A program made the position numbers and the translations under genes. Source: a virus (lineage: Duplodnaviria; Caudoviricetes). From it: a DNA stretch of 64,000 nucleotides. How positions within the stretch are numbered: the stretch's first letter is position 1; every line of letters begins with the position of its first letter. A model generated the notes under the pieces. The model worked only from the letters and a program-made list of their open reading frames with translations, was not told where the DNA came from and ran no database searches. Shown in pieces: positions 10,405-18,324 of the stretch. The stretch is taken from positions 13,073 through 77,072 of IMG/VR virus record IMGVR_UViG_2731957907_000001. One strand, 5' to 3'.

Positions 10405-10626
10405 ATGACGAATGCAAATTCTAAGGTCCGCATCAACCGTAACGACGTCATCGCTTTGCTCGCCGGCATTGGCTTGGCGGTAGGGTTCGGTACCGCTGGC
10501 AAAGCTGACTATGACCAGGCCATCGCAGATGCCTCAATGCGCAAGGTAATGGCCGAGCAGGGTCTTTGGCCCCAGACCGTAGGCGGTGAAATGGTCGCCT
10601 CAGTCGAGAACCGATCAGCTCGTTGA
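10405..10626 (+). CDS. Small membrane-anchored hypothetical protein
   Basis: AAGGA SD, hydrophobic stretch VIALLAGIGLAVGFG, upstream TTGTGC-17-TACCTT, downstream terminator. Confidence 0.65.
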   Translation: MTNANSKVRINRNDVIALLAGIGLAVGFGTAGKADYDQAIADASMRKVMAEQGLWPQTVGGEMVASVENRSAR

Positions 10627-10645
10627 TCACCACCCGAAGCACCCA

Positions 10646-10672
10646 GGCCCCGCAAATGCGGGGCTTTCTTTT
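10646..10672 (+). terminator. Intrinsic terminator
   Basis: GCCCCGCA-AA-TGCGGGGC followed by TTTCTTTT. Confidence 0.75.
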
Positions 10673-10775
10673 GAGCATTAAAGCGTCATGGTGCTTTAGG
10701 TGTCAAAGGCGCCTAAGTGTTCTTGATGTTTGTGATGCTACTGGTGCCTTAGTGCTTATGGCGCTATTGATTGAT
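10672..10775. repeat. 9-bp-period degenerate array upstream of parA (candidate centromere/operator)
   Basis: Units such as TGGTGCTTT, AGGCGCCTA, TAGTGCTTA in 9-nt register. Confidence 0.7.
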
Positions 10776-10836
10776 GTGTGGAACCCGCTACACTGCCCCC
10801 AACATTCAAGCCAGACACACTGCTTTAGGGGGTTAC

Positions 10837-11571
10837 ATGTCCAAAGATCCAGCCAAGCATCAGCTTGCAGAAGCTGTTGAGAAAACTACTCAGGAGCTGG
10901 TGACTCCCCCGTTCGATCACACGGTCACCTATGCTGTGCTCAATCAGAAGGGCGGTGCTGGCAAGACCACAACTGCGATCGGGCTTGGTGAAGCCATGGC
11001 AGAGTCCGGGCTTGATGTCGTCCTGGTCGACTCAGATCCTCAAGGCACCGCCCGTGACTGGGAAGCCATGGCCTACGCATCTGGTAATCCGTTCGGCGTT
11101 CGCGTGCTTGGCGTAGATCGCCCTGTACTGGACAAGGCTGTCCCCCCCCTCAAAGAGCAGTTCCGTATCATTGATGGTGCATCCAAAGCGAACGAACTGG
11201 CCATGAGCGCCGTCAAGGCAGCCGATATCGTTTTGATCCCTGTCCAGCCATCGCCACCCGACATCTGGGGCACCAGTGAGCTGGTAGACATGATCAAAAT
11301 GAACATGGAGGCCCGTGAAGGTGGCCCGCGTCCTCTCAAAGCATATTTCGTGGTCACCCAGGCCGAGGAAGGGACTGTGCTCTACGGCCTGGTTGGTGAG
11401 GCGTTGGCCGGGTACGGGCTCCCAGTGCTCAAAACGCGCCTGCACGACCGCCAGGACTACAAGAAGTGCGCAATCGATGGTCGTACGCCAATGAGTGCTT
11501 ACCCGCGCGGCGCTGCAGCTGCTGAGATTCGAGCGTTGAAAGATGAGGTCCTGGAACTTTCGAAGCGTTAA
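10837..11571 (+). CDS. parA: ParA family partition ATPase (short, type Ib / ParF-like)
   Basis: Deviant Walker [32 protein letters not shown]; no N-terminal HTH. Confidence 0.95.
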   Translation: MSKDPAKHQLAEAVEKTTQELVTPPFDHTVTYAVLNQKGGAGKTTTAIGLGEAMAESGLDVVLVDSDPQGTARDWEAMAYASGNPFGVRVLGVDRPVLDKAVPPLKEQFRIIDGASKANELAMSAVKAADIVLIPVQPSPPDIWGTSELVDMIKMNMEAREGGPRPLKAYFVVTQAEEGTVLYGLVGEALAGYGLPVLKTRLHDRQDYKKCAIDGRTPMSAYPRGAAAAEIRALKDEVLELSKR

Positions 11572-11630
11572 GGCGCTTTGGGTGTTTAGGCGCCTATGGC
11601 ACTTGGGCGCCTAAGTGTCTATGATGGCTT
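11569..11630. repeat. 9-bp-period array between parA and its partner gene
   Basis: AAGGCGCTT TGGGTGTTT AGGCGCCTA TGGCACTTG GGCGCCTAA GTGTCTATG. Confidence 0.7.
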
Positions 11631-11673
11631 GCAAAGCCTCTGGGCCCACGAATCAGTAGATATTAGGTGAAGC

Positions 11674-11901
11674 ATGAGCACCAACAAACCCACCCTTGCA
11701 GCAGGTCGTCCCAGCTCGAGAGTTTCGCCTGCAGAGACGAAATCGACAGACAAGGACGGCATTGATCGGATCAACGTTCATTTCACCGAGAAGAACGCTC
11801 GCAAGATCCGTCTGTACGCTGCCGCTAAAGGCATGCGTGGCCCGTCGGAGGCGTTGAACAAGTTGGTTGAGGCGCTTGAGTTCGATGTGAAGCTGGACTG
11901 A
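11674..11901 (+). CDS. ParG-like ribbon-helix-helix centromere-binding protein
   Basis: 75 aa downstream of parA; flexible N-tail LAAGRPS then RINVHF..KNARKIRLYAAAKGM..SEAL. Confidence 0.75.
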   Translation: MSTNKPTLAAGRPSSRVSPAETKSTDKDGIDRINVHFTEKNARKIRLYAAAKGMRGPSEALNKLVEALEFDVKLD

Positions 11902-11916
11902 TATCCGGTCCTAATG

Positions 11917-11943
11917 AAAAAGGCGCTCTAAGCGCCTTTTTTG
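11917..11943. terminator. Bidirectional intrinsic terminator
   Basis: AAAAAGGCGCT-CTA-AGCGCCTTTTTT between convergent genes. Confidence 0.8.
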
Positions 11944-12010
11944 CTGTACGGGTTCAGCCGTGAGAAAGCTTACCGATACACGGAGCTACGCTTGGCCTGG
12001 TGACCTTTCC

Positions 12011-12214
12011 CTAGTCACTCTCTCCGCGCCGAGCAGCCTCTAGAGCTTGCTCACACCGGTCTACTTCAGCGCTCAATCCCCGCTGCCTCTTCTCACGAAG
12101 AATTTCTAGACGACCGCTCCCCTCCCCACGGGCAGCATCACGCTCCATTTCATCCATAAAGGCTTCGTTCGCAGCAGCCAGAGCTGCCTCTGCCTGTTGT
12201 ACGGATTGACTCAT
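12011..12214 (-). CDS. Small helical hypothetical protein (67 aa)
   Basis: GGAGG SD before ATG 12214. Confidence 0.65.
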   Translation of the reverse strand: MSQSVQQAEAALAAANEAFMDEMERDAARGEGSGRLEILREKRQRGLSAEVDRCEQALEAARRGESD

Positions 12215-12258
12215 TTGCTGCCTCCATTGATGCACGAATGTAGCGCTTCGATTTTCAC

Positions 12259-12299
12259 GGAAAACCCCCGCAAATCCTAGCCCAAGCTGGCGATATCGT
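12259..12299 (+). promoter_or_regulatory. Putative late promoter of darA-like gene
   Basis: GGAAAACCCCCG ... TATCGT, 41-nt geometry. Confidence 0.55.
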
Positions 12300-12329
12300 A
12301 AGCGCTTTGAAAAGGAGCGCTCACCAGCC

Positions 12330-15300
12330 ATGGCTGACACGTTTGCAAGTATTCAGGCTGCCGCCCATTCGGGAGCTTTCGGGGCTGGCTCCAAGGCCAG
12401 CCCTACCCCTGCGCAGATCCGCGCCGGCAACTACGCCAAGGGCAGTGCCCGCCTGCATGGCATGCCCATAACCATCGAAACCCCGATGTTCCAGTCCCGC
12501 CGGGGCAAGCAGGACGGGGAACCCTGGTCAGTGCTGTGCATGGCCCACTACGGCTATATCAACGGCACCAAAGGTGCTGACGGTGACGCCGTAGACATCT
12601 TCATCGGACCGGTACCAGAAAGCCTGCAGGTGTTCGTCATCAACCAGGTAAGCCGTGACGGTGCGTTCGATGAGCACAAAGTCATGCTGGGCTTTGCTGA
12701 TGAGCAGTCAGCACGCGCTGCCTACCTGAACAGCTACGAGAAGGGCTGGACCGGCCTGGGCAGCCTGACGCGCTGCACCATCAAGCAATTCAAGTTCTGG
12801 CTCAAGAACGGCGACATGAGCACCCCGCTGACGCCGGCGGATCTGTGGAAGAACGACGAGGAGTTGAGCATGACCGATGTATACGTGAGCTGGAGCGCCG
12901 GCCAACAGCCCGCAGGCCTGACTCTGGGTAGCGTGCTGTATCAGCTGCGTGCGCAGGACCCAGACAACCTGCTCATGGACTGCGTGACGATGGCTGACAT
13001 CGAAGAACACCTGGCCAGCGGCGCCGATGGCACCATGCTCGATGCCATGGTGATCGAGCATCAGCAGATGGAACGCAAGGCAAACCAGTTCCTGAGGGTC
13101 ATGCAAGTGGCAGCGGACCAGGTGAAGCCGGTAAGCGTGGAGGTCTCCAAGCCCTTCAAGAATCGCGGCACGACACAGGTGGCCATGCTGTTTGTAATGG
13201 ATGACGGGCAGACCGTCTCTGTGTTCTTCCATAACCCGGACAGCACGCCCAACAAGCTGACTCCAACTGACGAACTGGTGAGCTGGAAATGGGTCCTCAA
13301 CAAGAAAGACATCACCATCACCGTGGCGCCCGAGCGCGGCCAGGACCTTAACCCGCGTGAGGTATCCCGGCGCATCATGAAGCTGGTGCAGAAGAACAGC
13401 GCCAAGTTTGCCCAGGCCAATGCAAATAAGGTCGAGAACGATGCCAAGCTCGAGCAGCTGAAAGCAGATGAGGCCAGCAAGACCGCTGAGCTGGCCGACT
13501 TGGACAAGCAGATTGAGAGCCTAACCGCCCAGCTGGCGGCGAAAAAGGCCGCACCTCGCGAGGCATCGCTTTTCAACGAACCGTCGCCTAGCCCTGATAC
13601 GCGTGACAACCTGGCAAGGTTCACTGACGCGCTCAAGGCGGGGGATGTTGATGCAGCCTTGAAGGTGACTGAAGCGATCAAAACCTTGGATGAACTGCGC
13701 ACGCTGATCTTGAAAGCAGGCTTCAATATGGGCGCCGCCCGCACGAAAGAGCAGCTCATGGCAGACGTGGGCAGCGCACTTGTACGGGCTGCCAAAGCCG
13801 GTACAGATGGGTTCGGACTCCGGGAACTCACCAAGCAGCAGGCTGCTGTGCCGTCTTACGACCAATGGGAAGGTGACGTACTCGACGCGTTAGCCGCTCG
13901 TTTGGATATCGGGCGCGGCGATGCTGACGGTATGGCAATGGCACAGGCCTCGCTCATGAAGCAATTGCATGCAGAAGGCAAGACACCGGCTGATGCCGCT
14001 GATGCGGTGGCCAAAGCCGTAGCCGTTGAGCCCCAAACTCCGGACGAGGCAGCCATGCTTGCAGCTCACCTGGAGGAACGCGCCCAGGAGGCCGCTCAGG
14101 CTGCATTGGCTGCTGATGGCCAGGACGGTGAGGATACCGGTGAAATCGCACCAGAAGGGCGTGACAGCGTCGTGAAGACAGCCAAAGGCAGCAAGGTAAC
14201 CACCGGCTTCAAGGTCATTGATGCCAGCAAGCTTGTGATCAGCCACAGCGCCGACGGTACGGTCAATCCTGATTACCCTGCAGAAATTCAGCCGCGGGAT
14301 CGCGCCCGAAGTACTTCCCAGGCTTGGGTTCAGAAGACGGCCCGGAACCTCGACCCGGATAGCCTAGGGCGCACCCAGCGCGCTGATACCGGCGCACCGA
14401 TCGTGGGACCTGACCGCGTGGTGGAATCGGGCAACGGCCGGGCGATGGCCATCCGTGAGGCCTACCGCCTCGGGCTGGCCGACGAATACCGCGAATGGCT
14501 GGAGGAGAACGCGGAGTACTTCGGCGTCGACCTGGCCAAGATCAAGCGCCTGAAGGCCCCTGTCCTGGTCCGCGTGCGTACTAGCGCGATCGATCGGGTG
14601 GCGTTCGCTGTGGAAGCCAACCAGGACGACAAGCTGGCGCAGACTGCCACCGAGAAGGCTCGCAGCGATGCCCGCCGCCTGGATGCCGGCATGCTAGCCA
14701 AGCTGGCAGATGGTGACCTGAGTAGCGCGGCAAACCGCGACTTTGTGGCGGCCTTCTTGCAGTCCCTGGGCGACGCCGAGGCCGCCCAGTACCTGACCAC
14801 CGACGGCAAGCCCACCAGTAGCTTGCTGAACCGCCTGCAGGCGGCATTGTTCGCTGGCGCTTACTCGGACGATCGCCTTCTTGAGCTCACGGCGGACGTG
14901 GCCAAGCCCGAGATTGCTAACATCGTCGCAGCCTTGAATAGTGCCGCCCCAGACTTCATGCGAGCCAAGAGCCTGGACCGTATAGGCGCTGAAACCGCAG
15001 GTGGCCAGGTTGCCGACTCGGTAGAGCTGTCGCTGAATCAGGAGGCGGTGAGTGCGATCATCGCGGCCACCAACCTGCTGCGCCAGGCCAAGGACTCAGG
15101 CATGGGCCTGGATGAGTTCCTGCGCCAGGGCGACATGTTTGGCGGTACTGACCCGGCCGTGGCTGCCATGGCCGTATTCATCCAGGCGAACAATCGCAGC
15201 GCCAAGCGTATGGGCACCGCTTTCAAAGCCATGGCCCAGTTTGTGGAAAGCGAGAACGCGCGCAAACAGACGGCTGGGCTGTTTGGTGATGAGCCAGCCA

Positions 15301-15653
15301 GCTTCACCGATATTGTGGCCGCGGCCAATCGCAAGCTTGAGCAGGAGTATGGTGAAGGCTTGTTTGCGATCGACCAGGGCGATATGTTCGCCGCACCGCC
15401 GGCGGCGCCTGCTGCTGAGCCATCCCCAGAACCCGCCCCGGAGCCTGACGTGGACGACGACCTGAAGCAAGCCAAAGCCTACCTGGACAGCCTCATTGCA
15501 GGTGATGCCGATCTGGGGGCACCTGACCAGGTGCTGGCCCGGCTCGAAACCATCTACGAGAAGTTTGGTGAAGGCGAGCTGAAAGACCTGTTCGAGGAGG
15601 CATCGAATGCTTTCCGAGACTACGCCCTGAAGGTCACCGCCGACGCGCTGTAA
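12330..15653 (+). CDS. darA: DarA-like polyvalent head protein: InPase-like domain + DarA_N + DdrB-like ParB domain + DarA_C-like tail
   Basis: AGNYAKG...HYGYINGTKGADGDAVDIFIGP...FDEHKVMLGF; DGQTVSVFFHNPD...WKWVLNKKDITITVAPERG; QPRDR...GAPIVGPDRVVESGNGR. Confidence 0.82.
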   Translation: MADTFASIQAAAHSGAFGAGSKASPTPAQIRAGNYAKGSARLHGMPITIETPMFQSRRGKQDGEPWSVLCMAHYGYINGTKGADGDAVDIFIGPVPESLQVFVINQVSRDGAFDEHKVMLGFADEQSARAAYLNSYEKGWTGLGSLTRCTIKQFKFWLKNGDMSTPLTPADLWKNDEELSMTDVYVSWSAGQQPAGLTLGSVLYQLRAQDPDNLLMDCVTMADIEEHLASGADGTMLDAMVIEHQQMERKANQFLRVMQVAADQVKPVSVEVSKPFKNRGTTQVAMLFVMDDGQTVSVFFHNPDSTPNKLTPTDELVSWKWVLNKKDITITVAPERGQDLNPREVSRRIMKLVQKNSAKFAQANANKVENDAKLEQLKADEASKTAELADLDKQIESLTAQLAAKKAAPREASLFNEPSPSPDTRDNLARFTDALKAGDVDAALKVTEAIKTLDELRTLILKAGFNMGAARTKEQLMADVGSALVRAAKAGTDGFGLRELTKQQAAVPSYDQWEGDVLDALAARLDIGRGDADGMAMAQASLMKQLHAEGKTPADAADAVAKAVAVEPQTPDEAAMLAAHLEERAQEAAQAALAADGQDGEDTGEIAPEGRDSVVKTAKGSKVTTGFKVIDASKLVISHSADGTVNPDYPAEIQPRDRARSTSQAWVQKTARNLDPDSLGRTQRADTGAPIVGPDRVVESGNGRAMAIREAYRLGLADEYREWLEENAEYFGVDLAKIKRLKAPVLVRVRTSAIDRVAFAVEANQDDKLAQTATEKARSDARRLDAGMLAKLADGDLSSAANRDFVAAFLQSLGDAEAAQYLTTDGKPTSSLLNRLQAALFAGAYSDDRLLELTADVAKPEIANIVAALNSAAPDFMRAKSLDRIGAETAGGQVADSVELSLNQEAVSAIIAATNLLRQAKDSGMGLDEFLRQGDMFGGTDPAVAAMAVFIQANNRSAKRMGTAFKAMAQFVESENARKQTAGLFGDEPASFTDIVAAANRKLEQEYGEGLFAIDQGDMFAAPPAAPAAEPSPEPAPEPDVDDDLKQAKAYLDSLIAGDADLGAPDQVLARLETIYEKFGEGELKDLFEEASNAFRDYALKVTADAL

Positions 15654-15674
15654 TTGACCCCACGCAGAGACAAC

Positions 15675-15698
15675 AAAGCCCGCATTTGCGGGCTTTTT
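15675..15698. terminator. Intrinsic terminator
   Basis: AAAGCCCGCA-TT-TGCGGGCTTTTT. Confidence 0.8.
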
Positions 15699-15703
15699 GA
15701 TGA

Positions 15704-16009
15704 TCATCCGTAGTGGTAACGGCACGCCATAATGGTGAGCACACCCTGTTCGTAGCAGTAGACCAAACGGTGCTCTTTATCGATTCGACGTGACCAGTAG
15801 CCGGCCAAGTCGCCTTTCAAAGGTTCTGGACGCCCGATCCCTGTAAACGGAGTGCGCAAGATCGCTTTGATAAGCGCGTTGATCTGCTGATGCTTCTTTA
15901 CGTCTGTCTCGCTCCAGTACTGATAGTCATCCCACGCATGTGGGACAAAAGACACACTGACCTCCGCGCGAGCTTGGTCTTTATTCTTCTGTTTCAGATT
16001 CTGCGACAT
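15704..16009 (-). CDS. yoeB: Txe/YoeB family toxin
   Basis: AWDDYQYW...RTPFTGIGRPEPLKGDLAGYWSRRIDKEHRLVY...CRYHY. Confidence 0.95.
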   Translation of the reverse strand: MSQNLKQKNKDQARAEVSVSFVPHAWDDYQYWSETDVKKHQQINALIKAILRTPFTGIGRPEPLKGDLAGYWSRRIDKEHRLVYCYEQGVLTIMACRYHYG

Positions 16010-16259
16010 TGAGGAAAATTTCCTTATTCAAGGCTTTTCCGGCTTTATGCGAAGCAATCGACTCTCGTAAACGCTTGGCATTTTCCCCTGACCCCAAAAG
16101 GTAAAGGGTTTCTTCCATGGCGTTGTAGTCCTCAAGGGACATGATGACTACGTGGTCGCCGCGTTGCCGAGTGATGATGGCGGGTTCGTGATCCCGACAT
16201 ACATCATCGAGTGCCTGCCTGAGGCCGGCCCGAGCCTGGCTAAATGTAAGTACGTTCAT
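15981..16259 (-). CDS. yefM: Phd/YefM family antitoxin
   Basis: FSQARAGL...DHEPAIITRQRG..VVIMSLEDYNAMEETLYLL...NAKRLRESI. Confidence 0.95.
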   Translation of the reverse strand: MNVLTFSQARAGLRQALDDVCRDHEPAIITRQRGDHVVIMSLEDYNAMEETLYLLGSGENAKRLRESIASHKAGKALNKEIFLNVAESETEE

Positions 16260-16357
16260 TGGTTCCTCCTGGGAGTCGCACCCAAGTGTTGGCGGTTTTT
16301 CACCGCCCTCGGACAGGCCTGTTGAGGCATGAGTAGGCTAGGTGGTGCGCGTGTTCA

Positions 16358-16420
16358 GTACGCGCATATCTGTACGTTGTCTGACGTACATTGTACGACT
16401 ATTTGTACAATGTATGTCAA
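16358..16420 (-). promoter_or_regulatory. yefM-yoeB promoter/operator region
   Basis: Clustered GTAC/TGTACA palindromes (known YefM operator core); minus-strand TTGACA (16415-16420) and TACAAT (16390-16395), 19-nt spacer. Confidence 0.6.
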
Positions 16421-16457
16421 CTGGATTTGCTCAGGGTCTGCATAGAGCTTAAACGAC

Positions 16458-16506
16458 AATAGTGCTTATAGTGCCAATAGTGCTTTACAACATAAAGGTG
16501 CCTAAT
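16458..16506. repeat. 9-bp-period array
   Basis: ATAGTGCTT ATAGTGCCA ATAGTGCTT TACAACATA AAGGTGCCT. Confidence 0.7.
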
Positions 16507-16549
16507 TAGGATTTGGCTGCAATCCGACATTTCAGCCAGAGATATCGTC

Positions 16550-17020
16550 ATGAACCAAGGCAACCCGTTCTGCCCAAATTTCGATTCAGTCCCATGCACC
16601 AGGTGCAACGCCTCAGGTGAACGCCCATCCGCCACCGGCCTGGTCCGGAAGTGCTTCCCATGCTCTGGGACCGGGCAAATCCTCACCCGCCGCGGGCGGG
16701 TGGCGCGCGACTACATGCGCGACCTGTTGCTGACACCGGTGCACTCGGTAAGCGCTGGCCAGCACCTGTGGTTCTGCACCCAGATGCGCAAAGAGTTTGT
16801 TCAGGTGATCAGCGTCAAGCAGCACAAGCAAGGTTTCGAACTGGTTGGCCGACGCGCCGACGGCCAGACGCTGACCGTTCAACGCGAAGGGTCTGAACTG
16901 ATTGAATACGCCCGCGGCGCCGATGAGCTCCAGCAGATCCGGCAGCAGGTTGAGGCCTATCAGGCCAGTCTCACACTGGGTGGCTACCCCCGCAGGAGAA
17001 TGACCAAGTTAGCGGCCTGA
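16550..17020 (+). CDS. Hypothetical protein with DnaJ-type Cys zinc finger
   Basis: CTRCNASG...CFPCSGTG. Confidence 0.7.
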   Translation: MNQGNPFCPNFDSVPCTRCNASGERPSATGLVRKCFPCSGTGQILTRRGRVARDYMRDLLLTPVHSVSAGQHLWFCTQMRKEFVQVISVKQHKQGFELVGRRADGQTLTVQREGSELIEYARGADELQQIRQQVEAYQASLTLGGYPRRRMTKLAA

Positions 17021-17029
17021 AGGGAACGC

Positions 17030-17119
17030 GAAGGCGCTAAAAGCATTAAGGCGTCTATAGGTCATTCAGCCCTAATAAGTCAAAGGCGCCTTAATCATTA
17101 AGGCGCGTTTACGCCTAAT
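17030..17119. repeat. 9-bp-period array
   Basis: AGGCGCTAA AAGCATTAA GGCGTCTAT ... AGGCGCCTT AATCATTAA GGCGCGTTT. Confidence 0.65.
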
Positions 17120-17130
17120 CCGTAAATGGT

Positions 17131-17171
17131 GCAAACCCCCGTATTTCGGGGGTTTTGTGCTGCCTGATAAT
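17131..17171 (+). promoter_or_regulatory. Putative late promoter
   Basis: GCAAACCCCCG ... GATAAT, 41-nt geometry. Confidence 0.65.
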
Positions 17172-17216
17172 CCGGTGATACGCCCAGCGGGCACCTTAAA
17201 CCAGGGAGAGCGGCAC

Positions 17217-17825
17217 ATGTCTGAGCAACAAGAACGGGGTATTGAAGGCGTTCTGCAGGAGTTAGAGCGCGTGGGGAAGGTAGTTGATATCGCGCAGCGC
17301 GTTATCTTGGTGGGTGATACGCATCGCGCCGTATTGGCCGGCGAGCTAGGGACGAAACTGGCGCATCTTGGCCTGAAAGTCGAACTCCTCGAGCCGACGA
17401 TTCCGGCCTTGCTGAAGCCCAGTGAAAACCATGGCGATTTGTACAAGTCGTTTGCTGACGTGCTTTCGTGCCCCTCCCTGGCTCATCTGTTTGGCAGCCA
17501 GGCTGACGTGCAAGATGAGCCAGATCCAGCGCCTGAGGCTGAGCCAGAAGTCGTCCAGGTCAATGCCGTACCAGCGCCTGCACCGCCCAAGCCCAACCGC
17601 AAGGTGCTCATGAATGACCCTGCAACCTGGAGGCCCGGTGACATGTTCCAGGACAACCCCCGTCACACTTTGATGCACAAGGTGCGCAAGTGGCTTCTGG
17701 TGGACTTCGATGATTGCGGTGTCGAGCTCAAAAGCCCCAACACCGATGCAACCGAGCTGTTGCCTTTGGACATGTTCTGCCAGCGGTACGTTTTCGTCGC
17801 GCATGCGCAAAGTGGCGCCGAATAG
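17217..17825 (+). CDS. Hypothetical protein
   Basis: GGGAGAG SD before ATG 17217. Confidence 0.65.
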   Translation: MSEQQERGIEGVLQELERVGKVVDIAQRVILVGDTHRAVLAGELGTKLAHLGLKVELLEPTIPALLKPSENHGDLYKSFADVLSCPSLAHLFGSQADVQDEPDPAPEAEPEVVQVNAVPAPAPPKPNRKVLMNDPATWRPGDMFQDNPRHTLMHKVRKWLLVDFDDCGVELKSPNTDATELLPLDMFCQRYVFVAHAQSGAE

Positions 17826-17883
17826 CCCTTGTACGGGCGTCGACAATGCACCCCTCTAATAACTCGTCTCAAGGCATCAAGCG

Positions 17884-18237
17884 ATGACTCAACAGTTTGT
17901 AAGCATTCCCCAGGTAGTGACCGCGTGGGAGCAGGAGCGCGACGGCCAAGCCGGCTACGTCGTCAAAGCAGCCGATGGCCAGACCGAATGGAAAAGCAAA
18001 GAGGCATTCGAATCTGCCCATATCGAGCTCGGCCATATCGGTCATTTGCCTCCATCTCAGCAAGCTGTCTTGGGTGAGCGTGCACAGTTGGCGGTGAACC
18101 ACACCGCGCTGACCGCATTCACCAAGTCGGCCATGTTCGCTTCGGTACCGGAAGCAGAGCAGGCCCGTCTGTTGCTGCAGTTAGATGCCCAGGGCGTGGT
18201 TCACGACATCCTGCTCGAGCGTATTGCCGCGTTCTGA
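17884..18237 (+). CDS. Small phage protein, crAss001_48-like C-terminal helical domain
   Basis: GYVV..ADGQTEWKSKEAFE and ERAQL...L.AF.....F......EQARL..QL.AQ.....IL.ERI..F patterns. Confidence 0.65.
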   Translation: MTQQFVSIPQVVTAWEQERDGQAGYVVKAADGQTEWKSKEAFESAHIELGHIGHLPPSQQAVLGERAQLAVNHTALTAFTKSAMFASVPEAEQARLLLQLDAQGVVHDILLERIAAF

Positions 18238-18251
18238 TGCTTCAACGGGGC

Positions 18252-18292
18252 GGAAAGCGCCCCGATTTAGGCCATTTCCACCGCCTCAAAAT
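18252..18292 (+). promoter_or_regulatory. Putative late promoter
   Basis: GGAAAGCGCCCCG ... CAAAAT, 41-nt geometry. Confidence 0.5.
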
Positions 18293-18324
18293 ATCGGCTT
18301 GCACCCCCATAGCAGGCCGAGGAA

